Notes under the pieces: generated by a model
Seen by the model: the letters and a program-made list of their open reading frames with translations, nothing else
The model's database searches: none
Told to the model about the DNA's origin: nothing
Made by a program: the position numbers and the translations under genes
Assembly (NCBI GenBank): GCA_963674705.1
Contig: OY771506.1
Coordinates: 1,888,001 to 1,952,000, forward strand
DNA from: Phycisphaeraceae bacterium
GTDB lineage: Bacteria; Planctomycetota; Phycisphaerae; Phycisphaerales; Phycisphaeraceae
Reading direction: 5' to 3'
DNA: 64,000 bases
In this document: positions 1-8,230 of the stretch, piece after piece
How positions within the stretch are numbered: position 1 is the stretch's first letter
Layout: each line of letters opens with the position of its first letter

Positions 1-353
1 AGCACCGCATCGGGCTTGCCGTAGTTCTCGGGTAAATACTCGTAGTCGGGACCCAGTAAGCATTTATCAAAAGCCATCGCCCCGGTGTCGTGATTGATCA
101 GTTCTTCCAAGCTCTGCGGTGGTCGACCCACTTCATTTTTAAATGCGATGATGTAGCCCAGTAAATTTCTTTGGTGATGAGCACAGTCGTACACATCCTG
201 TACAGCACGCCCGCTCGCAGAGTCGCTTTCAAACAGGTTTAGTACATCCACCGGTGTCCAGAACAGGTAAAACTTCAACCCCACGAAAAACAGTACTACG
301 ACAATAATGCTGCTCAGAGCAATACGGCCCCAGTATCGTTTTCGCTCGTGCAT
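1..353 (-). CDS. Hypothetical membrane-anchored protein, loosely pseudopilin-like (partial, runs off the window start)
   Basis: Manual translation from the ATG at 353 gives MHERKRYWGRIALSSIIVVVLFFVGLKFYLFW...CAHHQRNLLGYIIAFKNEVGRPPQSLEEL...YEYLPENYGKPDAV, open to position 1. It has an N-terminal TM helix and a 'P.SLEEL' pseudopilin-like segment. Confidence 0.6.
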   Translation of the reverse strand, partial: MHERKRYWGRIALSSIIVVVLFFVGLKFYLFWTPVDVLNLFESDSASGRAVQDVYDCAHHQRNLLGYIIAFKNEVGRPPQSLEELINHDTGAMAFDKCLLGPDYEYLPENYGKPDAV

Positions 354-485
354 GCCTAACCTTAGATCAAACAATGACCCGAAGCAATAGAGATGTATCT
401 GTTTTGCGGTTTCCCTGGAATCAATGGATGGCATCAAAGTGAGGCGCCTGCTGCGCTTGGATTGAGAACGCTCTAATTGGTTTTA

Positions 486-941
486 TCAATTTTCAATAGA
501 TAAGAACGTGGCTTCAGCGTCGGCGAGCAGGTCATCATTAAAACGCAGTTCAGCCTTAAGCTGATGGCGTTTGCCATCGGTGTCCTCTAGCCACGCACGG
601 ACTTGCAGTGCTTGATCGATTGGCACGGGTCGGCGGAAGCGTGTGTGAAGCACGGCGGTGACAGCCTTTGTGTTCTGTGCAAACAGACACTGCGTCATCG
701 CGCCGTCCAGTAAGGCGCTGACGATCCCGCCGTGCAATTGACCTGTGAAGCCGGCCATCCAGGGCTTGGGCTCGAATCGTGAGCTGACGCCGCCGTGATC
801 GTCTGCCTTGCAGTTGAGATTCAGGCTGAACGGGTTGGCAGGATCACAGACCACGCATGCGGGGTGCTGCGTCTGGCGATGATGATCCAGTGCTCGCTGG
901 CGATCTTGCTTAGTGTCGGCAGTGTTTGTGCTCGTGTTCAT
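486..941 (-). CDS. PaaI/hotdog-fold thioesterase
   Basis: HPACVVC..NP N-terminus, LHGGIVSALLDGAM hotdog motif and TRFRRPVP. Start set at MNTSTN (941) rather than the longer ORF start. Confidence 0.8.
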   Translation of the reverse strand: MNTSTNTADTKQDRQRALDHHRQTQHPACVVCDPANPFSLNLNCKADDHGGVSSRFEPKPWMAGFTGQLHGGIVSALLDGAMTQCLFAQNTKAVTAVLHTRFRRPVPIDQALQVRAWLEDTDGKRHQLKAELRFNDDLLADAEATFLSIEN

Positions 942-1278
942 GATCGGCACACGCGTTGGGGTGTTCTGCTTCGGGATTAGCCAGGTAATGGCGTACGGCA
1001 TCCTCGGGGGTTTTGCCCGAGTGTCCGGCCGAAACGGTGATGCCGTATTCCGACAGACGCTGTTGGGCTCCGCCACCGATCCCACCGGCGACGACACATT
1101 GTACGGCCATTTCATTCAGCCAGTTGGGCAGGCTTTCACAGCCGGAGGCGTTGCGTGGAACGATCCGTGGCCGTTCTATAGTCCCGGTTTCAGGATCAAC
1201 CTCGCACAGGAACACACTATCACACTTGCCGAAGTGAGTACAGAATTGGTCTTGGATTACGGGCGCAGCGATCAGCAT
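910..1278 (-). CDS. NifB/NifX (dinitrogenase FeMo-cofactor biosynthesis-like) family protein with His/Cys-rich tail
   Basis: IAAPV....FCTHFGKC and VVAGGIGGGAQQRL..GI.V motifs, C-terminus CADHEHEHKHCRH, AAGGA RBS before the ATG at 1278. Confidence 0.85.
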   Translation of the reverse strand: MLIAAPVIQDQFCTHFGKCDSVFLCEVDPETGTIERPRIVPRNASGCESLPNWLNEMAVQCVVAGGIGGGAQQRLSEYGITVSAGHSGKTPEDAVRHYLANPEAEHPNACADHEHEHKHCRH

Positions 1279-1296
1279 GGCAAATTCCTTGGGGGG

Positions 1297-1323
1297 GATA
1301 CATCTATATATAAATAGTGTATC
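1297..1323. promoter_or_regulatory. Palindromic candidate operator GATACA-N15-TGTATC upstream of the NifX-like gene
   Basis: Perfect 6-bp inverted repeat around an AT-rich spacer, just upstream of the RBS. Confidence 0.4.
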
Positions 1324-1398
1324 AGTCTTAGATGGTCTCGGACGGGGCAGTTCTGCCCGACCTGCGATTGTCTCGCAGCGCAAGGCTGATGCCCCAAT

Positions 1399-1818
1399 TT
1401 ACTGCCGCAGTGACTTGCCGGTGGTTCCCGCTGAGAGTTTGGCAAGCAGCACACCTTTTTCCCGGCGGAGGCGATCCGCCAGGGCCTGGATCTGGTTCCC
1501 CTTGCCCTTGACCATAATCATTTCGGCACAGAGGTGCTCATCCAGGTGGACGTGCGTCGTCGCTAGGACCTTGCCGATGAAGTGGTGCTGGGAGTGGGTT
1601 AACCTGGCGCTGAGCCCGGGGGCATGGTGGTCGTAGATCAGCGTGATCGTGCCCAGCAGGACCTTGTTGGACTGCCACTCATCGTCGACCAGTTGATTGC
1701 GGATCAGGTCGCGGATGAATTCCGAACGGTTGCGGTAGTCACTTTTACCGACCGCTTTTTCCAGCTTATCGAATAACGATTGCTCGATAGAGACGGTGAA
1801 TCGCACCAACTCTGACAT
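1399..1818 (-). CDS. nikR: Nickel-responsive transcriptional regulator NikR
   Basis: Ribbon-helix-helix start (RFTVSI...Y.NRSEFIRDLIR), then GTITLIYDHH, HSQHH and THVHLDEHLCAE with the Ni ligands. AAGGAG RBS before the ATG at 1818. Confidence 0.95.
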   Translation of the reverse strand: MSELVRFTVSIEQSLFDKLEKAVGKSDYRNRSEFIRDLIRNQLVDDEWQSNKVLLGTITLIYDHHAPGLSARLTHSQHHFIGKVLATTHVHLDEHLCAEMIMVKGKGNQIQALADRLRREKGVLLAKLSAGTTGKSLRQ

Positions 1819-1846
1819 CGCAGGCTCCTTATACCGGATGAGCGAC

Positions 1847-1874
1847 ATCGTAGGAGATAAGCAGCCCGCGTCAA
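1847..1874 (-). promoter_or_regulatory. Sigma70-like promoter of nikR
   Basis: Minus strand reads TTGACG-N16-TACGAT, ending ~29 nt before the nikR ATG. Confidence 0.55.
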
Positions 1875-2018
1875 TACTAAGTTAAAGCTTTTCTAAACTA
1901 TGCGGGGGTTTTATGCCGGGCAAATGTATTTGAATGTTTCAAAAGTATTGGTGACGCACACCCGAGGTATGCCCTGCGCGAAGTAACAGATGAAGTAACA
2001 ATACTTTTTGGAGCCGTT

Positions 2019-2618
2019 CTAGATAATTGTCGCTTCCAGAAAGAACAGGTCTTCACGATCAATCCGTTGCACTTGCTGGAGACGGGCTTGCTCCAGCAGG
2101 GGACGCCATTCATCGCCGACCGGCAGCAGGTCGCCCTGCACTGGGCCCTCCATACCGGCATGGAAGCTGTTGATATGGTCGCTGCCTGCCAGGTGCATGA
2201 CGATGAGTCGGCCGTCACCCGTCAGAGCACGTGAGCAATTCCGTAACGCGGCCGCCTGATCCCTGAAGTGCGGGAAACTATGCAGGCACAAAATGGTGTC
2301 GAAGCAACGGATACCGGGCGGATCCAGGCAGATATCCATGCACTGAAAATCGGCATCGATCTGTTTATCCACCGCCTGGATGATCATTTTTGGAGAAAAA
2401 TCGATCGCGGTCACACGACCCGGGGCAACCTGGCTAGCCAACCAGCTAGTGGTTTTCCCTGTGCCGCAGCCGACCTCGAGCAGGTCCGTGTCGGGCTTCA
2501 GATTTAACAGTTTTCTTTGCTTGATCAGGCCTTCGGTCATCGAGTCCCTGGAAGGATGGATGCCGTCCCATCCCTCAGCAAGGCCGTCAAAAAACGCGAT
2601 GCGGGGGTCAGAATTCAT
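2019..2618 (-). CDS. Class I SAM-dependent methyltransferase
   Basis: FFDGLAEGWD, LLEVGCGTG motif I, IDFSPKM and FPHFRD. Start set at MNSDPR. Confidence 0.9.
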   Translation of the reverse strand: MNSDPRIAFFDGLAEGWDGIHPSRDSMTEGLIKQRKLLNLKPDTDLLEVGCGTGKTTSWLASQVAPGRVTAIDFSPKMIIQAVDKQIDADFQCMDICLDPPGIRCFDTILCLHSFPHFRDQAAALRNCSRALTGDGRLIVMHLAGSDHINSFHAGMEGPVQGDLLPVGDEWRPLLEQARLQQVQRIDREDLFFLEATII

Positions 2619-2673
2619 ACGATTTTGAAATTTGTAATACTGGAAGGATAACACTAATATACAGATCGTATGA
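2615..2673. promoter_or_regulatory. Two tandem candidate NikR operators in the divergent promoter
   Basis: TCATAC-N13-GTAATA (2615-2639) and TAACAC-N13-GTATGA (2649-2673). Both are imperfect palindromes with 13-nt AT-rich spacers. Confidence 0.55.
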
Positions 2674-2740
2674 TCTTTTATGTGCCCGGGCAAACCGTGT
2701 CGTTTTACCCGGGCACTTCACGCCCGGGAAGGAGAAACCG

Positions 2741-3985
2741 ATGCCCCGCTGGATGATTGCCATTCTTATATCTACCACCATCCTCAGCCAGTCTGTTATC
2801 GCTTTTGCGGATACGGTTTGGGACACGGTGCCTTACATCACCCACAGCGAATACCAGGCCGTCAACGCAGACGGAAGCGCCGCTTACGACGGCACATTCC
2901 CCGTTCGTCTGATTGGTGTTGTCTTGAACAATACCGAAGACTGGCTCGACCCGACGCCAGGCTATACCTCCAGCTACGTCGCTTTCGCCATGGGCGGCCA
3001 GGCGGAGGTTTACTTCCAGGCGGTTGATCTCGACGGAACCGCATGGGACACCGACACGACTTCCGCATTCAATGACCACGGCGGAACCGCCGCATGGATG
3101 GGGCAGAACTACGGCAACCGGCCTTTCATCGGCGACCCCGCGTTTAACTACACCGATGCGCAGTGGACCAGTGAGCTTGCGCGTCTCGGTTTGTATGGTG
3201 GTGACGGTGTGACCGAACCGCTGCGCGCCGGGGACTTGATCGAAGTACGCATCAGAGCCGGCCTGCACTACGCCGGCAAATACAACGTCAATGAACAACA
3301 CTCCATCGATCCGTCCGTCGACTTCGAGATCGTCGTGCTTCAGCAAGGCTACGGCCTGCCCGATGCGACACAGATCACGCTCAGCGATCTGAAGGACGCG
3401 AACGACTTGTTCATCTTCGACTCAACGCGTCAGAGCGGTGGCGAGTTGTACCAATCAACGTTGGTCGAACTGCAGGATGTCTGGATCCAATCAGCAGCAA
3501 CCTGGCAGACGGATAGCACGCTTGTCGTGACCGATGGCGTCCGGACCTTCGATGTTCAACTGTGCCTCAACGATAGCTTCGATGGCACGGAATTGTTCGC
3601 CGTGGGCGAGCACTTCAACGTCACCGGCATCCTCGATCAGTCAGCCAGCAGCGGTGTATACAGCACCGATGGTTACCAGTTGCTGGTTATGAACGCTGAC
3701 AGCTTCAGCGCCGCCGCTTTGAGCGGTGACTATAACGATGATGGTTTCGTAGGTCTCGGCGATCTGGACATTGTGCTAAGTCACTGGAATCAGACCGTTA
3801 CGCCGGGTGATGTGCTCGGTGGCGATAGTAGTGGTGACGGTTACGTCGGATTGGATGATCTGGATCCGGTGCTGGAAAACTGGAACGCCGGCACGCCACC
3901 AACTACAACAGTTGTACCGGAACCCGCGACAGCGTTGTTTTTGCTAGCAGCATCCATCGGTGCGCTGCGTCGACGCCGATCCTGA
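2741..3985 (+). CDS. Secreted PEP-CTERM surface protein with dockerin-like tail
   Basis: Signal peptide, GDYNDDGFVGLGDLDIVLSHWN repeat (twice), and VPEPATALFLLAASIGALRRRRS sorting signal. GGAG RBS. Confidence 0.9.
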   Translation: MPRWMIAILISTTILSQSVIAFADTVWDTVPYITHSEYQAVNADGSAAYDGTFPVRLIGVVLNNTEDWLDPTPGYTSSYVAFAMGGQAEVYFQAVDLDGTAWDTDTTSAFNDHGGTAAWMGQNYGNRPFIGDPAFNYTDAQWTSELARLGLYGGDGVTEPLRAGDLIEVRIRAGLHYAGKYNVNEQHSIDPSVDFEIVVLQQGYGLPDATQITLSDLKDANDLFIFDSTRQSGGELYQSTLVELQDVWIQSAATWQTDSTLVVTDGVRTFDVQLCLNDSFDGTELFAVGEHFNVTGILDQSASSGVYSTDGYQLLVMNADSFSAAALSGDYNDDGFVGLGDLDIVLSHWNQTVTPGDVLGGDSSGDGYVGLDDLDPVLENWNAGTPPTTTVVPEPATALFLLAASIGALRRRRS

Positions 3986-3999
3986 ATTGAGTTTATGCC

Positions 4000-4644
4000 A
4001 TGAAGCCCCGGCCCGCCCAACACGGCTTTACGCTCATCGAGCTGCTTGTGGTCATCTCGATTGTGGCGCTACTGATCAGCCTGTTGCTGCCCGCCTTATC
4101 CGGCGGGCGGCGGGCGGCGGTGCGTGTCCGGGCACACGCGGACCTGCGCTCGATCACCCAGGCGCTTGAGGTCTATCGCAACGATAACAAAGACGATCTG
4201 CCGCCAACCCGTTTTTCATGCAGTTCGCGGACCGCGTACGAGTTGCCGATCGAGCTGATGCAGTACCTGCCGGACAGGAAGCGGGACCTGGTTGATATCA
4301 TCGAGATGCCCGATGTGTACAGCGAAAAGGGTGAAAGCTACCGCTACCGTGCGGTGGGTGATGCGATCCTCAATGAGTACACCTGGCTGAAGAACAGGGC
4401 CTCGCTTTGGGTGCCGGACGGTTTCCCTTACGATGAGCAGGAGACCGGTCAGTATTACTATGACCCGCAGCAGAGCCCCGTGCGTTACGCGGTGTACAGC
4501 CCCGGGCCCGACCCGGGCTCGACGTTCTTCGATATCCCCGGCCGACTACCCGTACCCGAAAAGTACTGGTTGCGGAGCCAGTCTGATGCCGGTGTTGTGG
4601 TGCATATGGAAGACCAATACAGACAGATGCACCTGAGCCCGTAA
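4000..4644 (+). CDS. Prepilin-type N-terminal cleavage/methylation domain protein (type IV pilin/GspG-like)
   Basis: HG/FTLIELLVVISIVALLISLLLPAL and a GspG-like YSPGPD motif. Confidence 0.9.
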   Translation: MKPRPAQHGFTLIELLVVISIVALLISLLLPALSGGRRAAVRVRAHADLRSITQALEVYRNDNKDDLPPTRFSCSSRTAYELPIELMQYLPDRKRDLVDIIEMPDVYSEKGESYRYRAVGDAILNEYTWLKNRASLWVPDGFPYDEQETGQYYYDPQQSPVRYAVYSPGPDPGSTFFDIPGRLPVPEKYWLRSQSDAGVVVHMEDQYRQMHLSP

Positions 4645-4656
4645 GTAGAGATCGTT

Positions 4657-5478
4657 ATGTTCAGCGCCGGCCGTTTTCTTCTGTTACTCCTGTTTCTATG
4701 TTCATTGCTTGGCTGCGGTGACCAGGCTCGACAGCCCGCCACGGACTTTGTGGTGACCAGTTCCTATCTTGAATGTGCATTGAATGATGTGCTTGGTAAG
4801 CAGGCTGCTTGCCTCAGGCTCGCGGAGCCCGGCACGTGCCCGGGGCATTTTGATATGCGGCCGAGCCAGTTGCAGGCGATCCGCGAGGCGCGGTTGCTGC
4901 TGAGGCTGGACTTCCAGGCCTCGCTCGATCGTAAGCTGGCGGACCTGCCCGGCAGCGACCTGAAGATCGTCGCCGTTCATATCGATGGTGGCGTGTGTGA
5001 GCCCGCCAGTTATATGCAGGCATGCAAGCAGGTCGCCGATGCACTGGTCGATTGTGGTTTGCTGTCGGCTGAAGCGGCCGAGCATAGATTGATGGAGATC
5101 GAGCAACGTCTGGCGGAGCGTCAGGCTGATTGGCTGAAGCAGATGGAGCCGTTGCGTGGGACGCATATCGTGACCAGCACGCACCAGGAAAGGTTCTGCC
5201 GCTGGCTTGGATTGGAAGTTGTCGGCACGTTCAGCGCGATGGACAGTGCCCGCGTCGGAGAGGTCAACGACACCATCGTGGCCGGCGACCGTGAAGGGGT
5301 GAAGCTTGTCATCGCCAATCACCCGGAAGGCCGTACCGCCGCCGACGCCTTGGCACACCGCCTGGATGCGAAGGTTTGCGTCTTCAGCAACTTCCCGTTG
5401 ATGCGTGACGGGCAGGATACATTCGATGCGATGATCCAGGACAACATCACAGCTCTGTCCAAGGTAAGCCAGCCTTGA
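4657..5478 (+). CDS. Metal ABC transporter substrate-binding lipoprotein (ZnuA/TroA family)
   Basis: Lipobox LLGC, CPGHFDMRPSQ (counterpart of DPHxY/FxxxP), IVTSTHQ, and context with an ATPase and permease. Confidence 0.85.
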   Translation: MFSAGRFLLLLLFLCSLLGCGDQARQPATDFVVTSSYLECALNDVLGKQAACLRLAEPGTCPGHFDMRPSQLQAIREARLLLRLDFQASLDRKLADLPGSDLKIVAVHIDGGVCEPASYMQACKQVADALVDCGLLSAEAAEHRLMEIEQRLAERQADWLKQMEPLRGTHIVTSTHQERFCRWLGLEVVGTFSAMDSARVGEVNDTIVAGDREGVKLVIANHPEGRTAADALAHRLDAKVCVFSNFPLMRDGQDTFDAMIQDNITALSKVSQP

Positions 5479-6287
5479 ATACGCCGGCCATTGATATCCA
5501 GGGTTTGCGTGTCCACGCGGGGCAACGGCCGATCCTTTCGATCGACAGACTCGAAGTCGATGCGGGCGAACTGATCGGCGTGCTCGGCCCCAACGGTGCA
5601 GGCAAGACGACGCTCTTGCGGAGCATCCTCGGCATGCAGCGACACATCGAAGGGGCTGTGGGCGTGAATGGTTCATCGATGGTTGATACACCCGAAAGTC
5701 TGCGGGCCAAGGTTCGCAGGCGCATCGGTTATGTCCCGCAGTTATTACCTGTCCCAAGTGAAACACCCTTGACCGTGCGCGATGTCATCCTGCTCGGTAG
5801 AAGTTCCGCCAAGGGCTTTTTCCGTACGACCGACAGGCAGGACAGGCTGGCGGTGGAAACGTGGATCGAACGTTTGAACCTGTCGTCGCTGGCGGATCGT
5901 GGTTACGGCGAAGTCTCCGGCGGTGAGCAACGCAAGACCTTGATCGCCCGCGCGATGGTGCGCGAACCCAGCCTGATGCTGCTGGATGAACCGACTGCCA
6001 ACCTCGACCTTGGCTGGCGTGAACAGATTGTTAACCTGATCGATCAACTGCATCACGAATACAACATCACGGTTCTGCTGGTCTGCCATGAGCTTGAAGT
6101 CTTGCCCGCCGGCTGCTCGCGTCTGATTCTGCTGGAGACTGGCGCGATAGCCGACGAGGGATTGCCGCAAACCGTGCTGACATCGCAGATGGTCGAACGA
6201 TTCTATGGGCCCGGCCTGGTGCTGCAGCAGCAGGGCAGGCGTTGGGCGGTGGTTCCGGATGCGAAAGTGGGGGCGTCGCATGCTTGA
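5475..6287 (+). CDS. Metal ABC transporter ATP-binding protein (ZnuC-like)
   Basis: GPNGAGKT Walker A, IGYVPQ, VSGGEQRK signature, LLDEPTANLD and LVCH. Confidence 0.95.
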   Translation: MNTPAIDIQGLRVHAGQRPILSIDRLEVDAGELIGVLGPNGAGKTTLLRSILGMQRHIEGAVGVNGSSMVDTPESLRAKVRRRIGYVPQLLPVPSETPLTVRDVILLGRSSAKGFFRTTDRQDRLAVETWIERLNLSSLADRGYGEVSGGEQRKTLIARAMVREPSLMLLDEPTANLDLGWREQIVNLIDQLHHEYNITVLLVCHELEVLPAGCSRLILLETGAIADEGLPQTVLTSQMVERFYGPGLVLQQQGRRWAVVPDAKVGASHA

Positions 6288-7098
6288 CCTCGTATTCTGG
6301 GCACCGGTGTTGGTTGCGGGGTTGGTTGCGGGGGCATCCAGTGGTTTATTGAGCGTGTACATCGTTGGGATGCGTGTTCCGTTTCTGGGGATCTGTATTT
6401 CACACGCTGCGCTGGCGGGCGCGGTGTTCGGCGCGTTGTTTGGATTGGAAGGGCAGGCGTTGATGCTGCCCGCATTAGGTGCATCTGTATTGACCGCGTT
6501 GGCGTTGGGGCTGGCGTCGCCGAACCGTGTGCGGATGGATGACAACATCGTGATGGGTTTGCTGCTCTCATTAACGATGGGGTTGGCGTTCCTGGGGTTT
6601 GGACTATTTAGCGTATTCGGGCGCAGTGATAATGAGGTACGCTCGCTATTGTGGGGCAGCCTGACGTTCTGCGGCTGGGATGATGTATTGTGGATGTGCA
6701 TCAGTGCTGGGGCATTGGTGTTCTTTGTGCTGCTGTTTGGTAAGGAGATGCGTGCGATCCTCTTTTCGAGAGTGGATGCCGAAGCGTGCGGCGTGCGCGT
6801 CGGATTCATCTGGCCCATCTTCCTGGTTCTTGCCGCCATGTTGCTGACGGTGAACTTCCAGACCGTCGGCGGGTTGATGATCTACAGCCTGATTACCAAC
6901 CCGGCCGCCGCGGCGTTCCAACTGACGCGCAGTGTAAACAGGGCGATGCTCCTTTCTATCGTACTGGGCGCAGTAAGTGGCCTTGGAGGTTTCTTGCTGT
7001 CGGCATGGACCGACCTGCCCAGCGGCGCGGTCATCGTGTTGCTTTCCTCGCTGCTCGTGGCGCTAGCGGCGGGTTGGCGATATCTGCGACGTAATTAG
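6280..7098 (+). CDS. Metal ABC transporter permease (ZnuB/ABC-3 family)
   Basis: ISHAALAG, LLWGS and VGGLMIYSLITNPAAAA motifs, PSGAVIVL, multiple TM helices. Start set at MLDLVF (6280). Confidence 0.92.
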   Translation: MLDLVFWAPVLVAGLVAGASSGLLSVYIVGMRVPFLGICISHAALAGAVFGALFGLEGQALMLPALGASVLTALALGLASPNRVRMDDNIVMGLLLSLTMGLAFLGFGLFSVFGRSDNEVRSLLWGSLTFCGWDDVLWMCISAGALVFFVLLFGKEMRAILFSRVDAEACGVRVGFIWPIFLVLAAMLLTVNFQTVGGLMIYSLITNPAAAAFQLTRSVNRAMLLSIVLGAVSGLGGFLLSAWTDLPSGAVIVLLSSLLVALAAGWRYLRRN

Positions 7099-7178
7099 TC
7101 ATTATTTGCGAATCCAGGCGGGAATACTTTGTGGGTTTGTCTGGTTGTACGACCTGAACGAATGATCTGCTAATGACC

Positions 7179-7187
7179 TGCTACAAT
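7179..7187 (+). promoter_or_regulatory. Extended -10 element (TGC-TACAAT) directly before trxB, suggesting a leaderless or near-leaderless transcript
   Basis: TGCTACAAT, then 8 nt, then the ATG at 7196. No SD sequence. Confidence 0.5.
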
Positions 7188-7195
7188 CCTCCGTT

Positions 7196-8230
7196 ATGAC
7201 AGACAACAACATCGAGAAAGTAACGATCATTGGTTCCGGCCCCGCCGGCTGGACCGCCGCCATCTACGCCGCCCGCGCCAACCTCAATCCCCTGATGTTC
7301 CCGGGTAGGGCCATGGGCAAGGATCTGATGCCCGGTGGCCAGCTTATGATGACCACGGAAGTCGAGAACTACCCCGGCTTCCCCAAAGGCATCGAAGGGC
7401 CCGACATGATGCAGGAGTTTGCCAAGCAGGCCCTGCGCTTCGGCACACGCGTGGTGACGGATGACGGCATCCAGGACAGCGAACAGGTCAATGCCGATGC
7501 TCCTTTGTATACACCTTTCCAGAACGTCAAGAGCGTGGACCTGTCCAAACGGCCTTTTACCATCACTGGTGACAACGGCATCGAGGTCAAGTCGCACGCA
7601 GTAATCATCGCGACCGGCGCCAAGGCCAATTGGTTAGGGCTGGAAAACGAACAACGGCTCGCACAGTCCGGCGGTGGTGTCAGTGCCTGTGCGGTATGCG
7701 ATGGCGCGTTGCCCGCCTTCCGTGACGCGGAACTGGCAGTGGTCGGCGGCGGGGACTCGGCTGTCGAGGAGGCAAGCTACCTGACGAAGTTCGCCAAGAA
7801 GGTGTACATGATCGTCAGGCGCGATGTCTTGCGTGCCAGCAAGATCATGGCCGAGCGCGCCGAGAAGAACCCCAAGATCGAATTCCTGTGGAACACGAAG
7901 GTTGTGGATGTGCTCGGCGAAAAGTTTATCAGCGGTGTTAAACTCGAAGACACCAAGACCGGCGAACAGCGCGAGATGCCGTTGGGCGGTTTATTCATGG
8001 CAATCGGGCACACACCTATCACCGAGTTCCTCGACGGCCAACTGGAAACTGATGAATCCGGCTACATCAAGCTGGCGGACCCATATCGCTCGACGACGAA
8101 GATCGAAGGCGTATTTGTGGCCGGCGACGTGGCGGACCACGTATACCGCCAGGCGATCACCGCCGCGGGCATGGGCTGCAAGGCTGCGATCGACGCCGAA
8201 CGCTGGCTTGCGGAGCAGGGCGTTGAGTAA
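7196..8230 (+). CDS. trxB: Thioredoxin-disulfide reductase
   Basis: IIGSGPAG, GGQL..TT.VENYPGF, SACAVCDG, VVGGGDSA and GDVAD..YRQAITAAG.GC. Confidence 0.97.
   Translation: MTDNNIEKVTIIGSGPAGWTAAIYAARANLNPLMFPGRAMGKDLMPGGQLMMTTEVENYPGFPKGIEGPDMMQEFAKQALRFGTRVVTDDGIQDSEQVNADAPLYTPFQNVKSVDLSKRPFTITGDNGIEVKSHAVIIATGAKANWLGLENEQRLAQSGGGVSACAVCDGALPAFRDAELAVVGGGDSAVEEASYLTKFAKKVYMIVRRDVLRASKIMAERAEKNPKIEFLWNTKVVDVLGEKFISGVKLEDTKTGEQREMPLGGLFMAIGHTPITEFLDGQLETDESGYIKLADPYRSTTKIEGVFVAGDVADHVYRQAITAAGMGCKAAIDAERWLAEQGVE

Noticed and set aside
910..1278. Nitrogen fixation inferred from the NifB/NifX-like gene
   Set aside because: The family is widespread in non-diazotrophs and no nifHDK is in the window.
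2620..2740. Cobalamin or NiCo riboswitch upstream of the PEP-CTERM/ABC operon
   Set aside because: The region is short and AT-rich, with no B12 box or multi-stem GC structure visible. Protein operators explain it better. An Rfam scan would settle it.
4702..6839. Long minus-strand ORFs (354 aa and 364 aa)
   Set aside because: Antisense shadows of the metal ABC genes with no recognisable motifs, as expected in GC-rich DNA.
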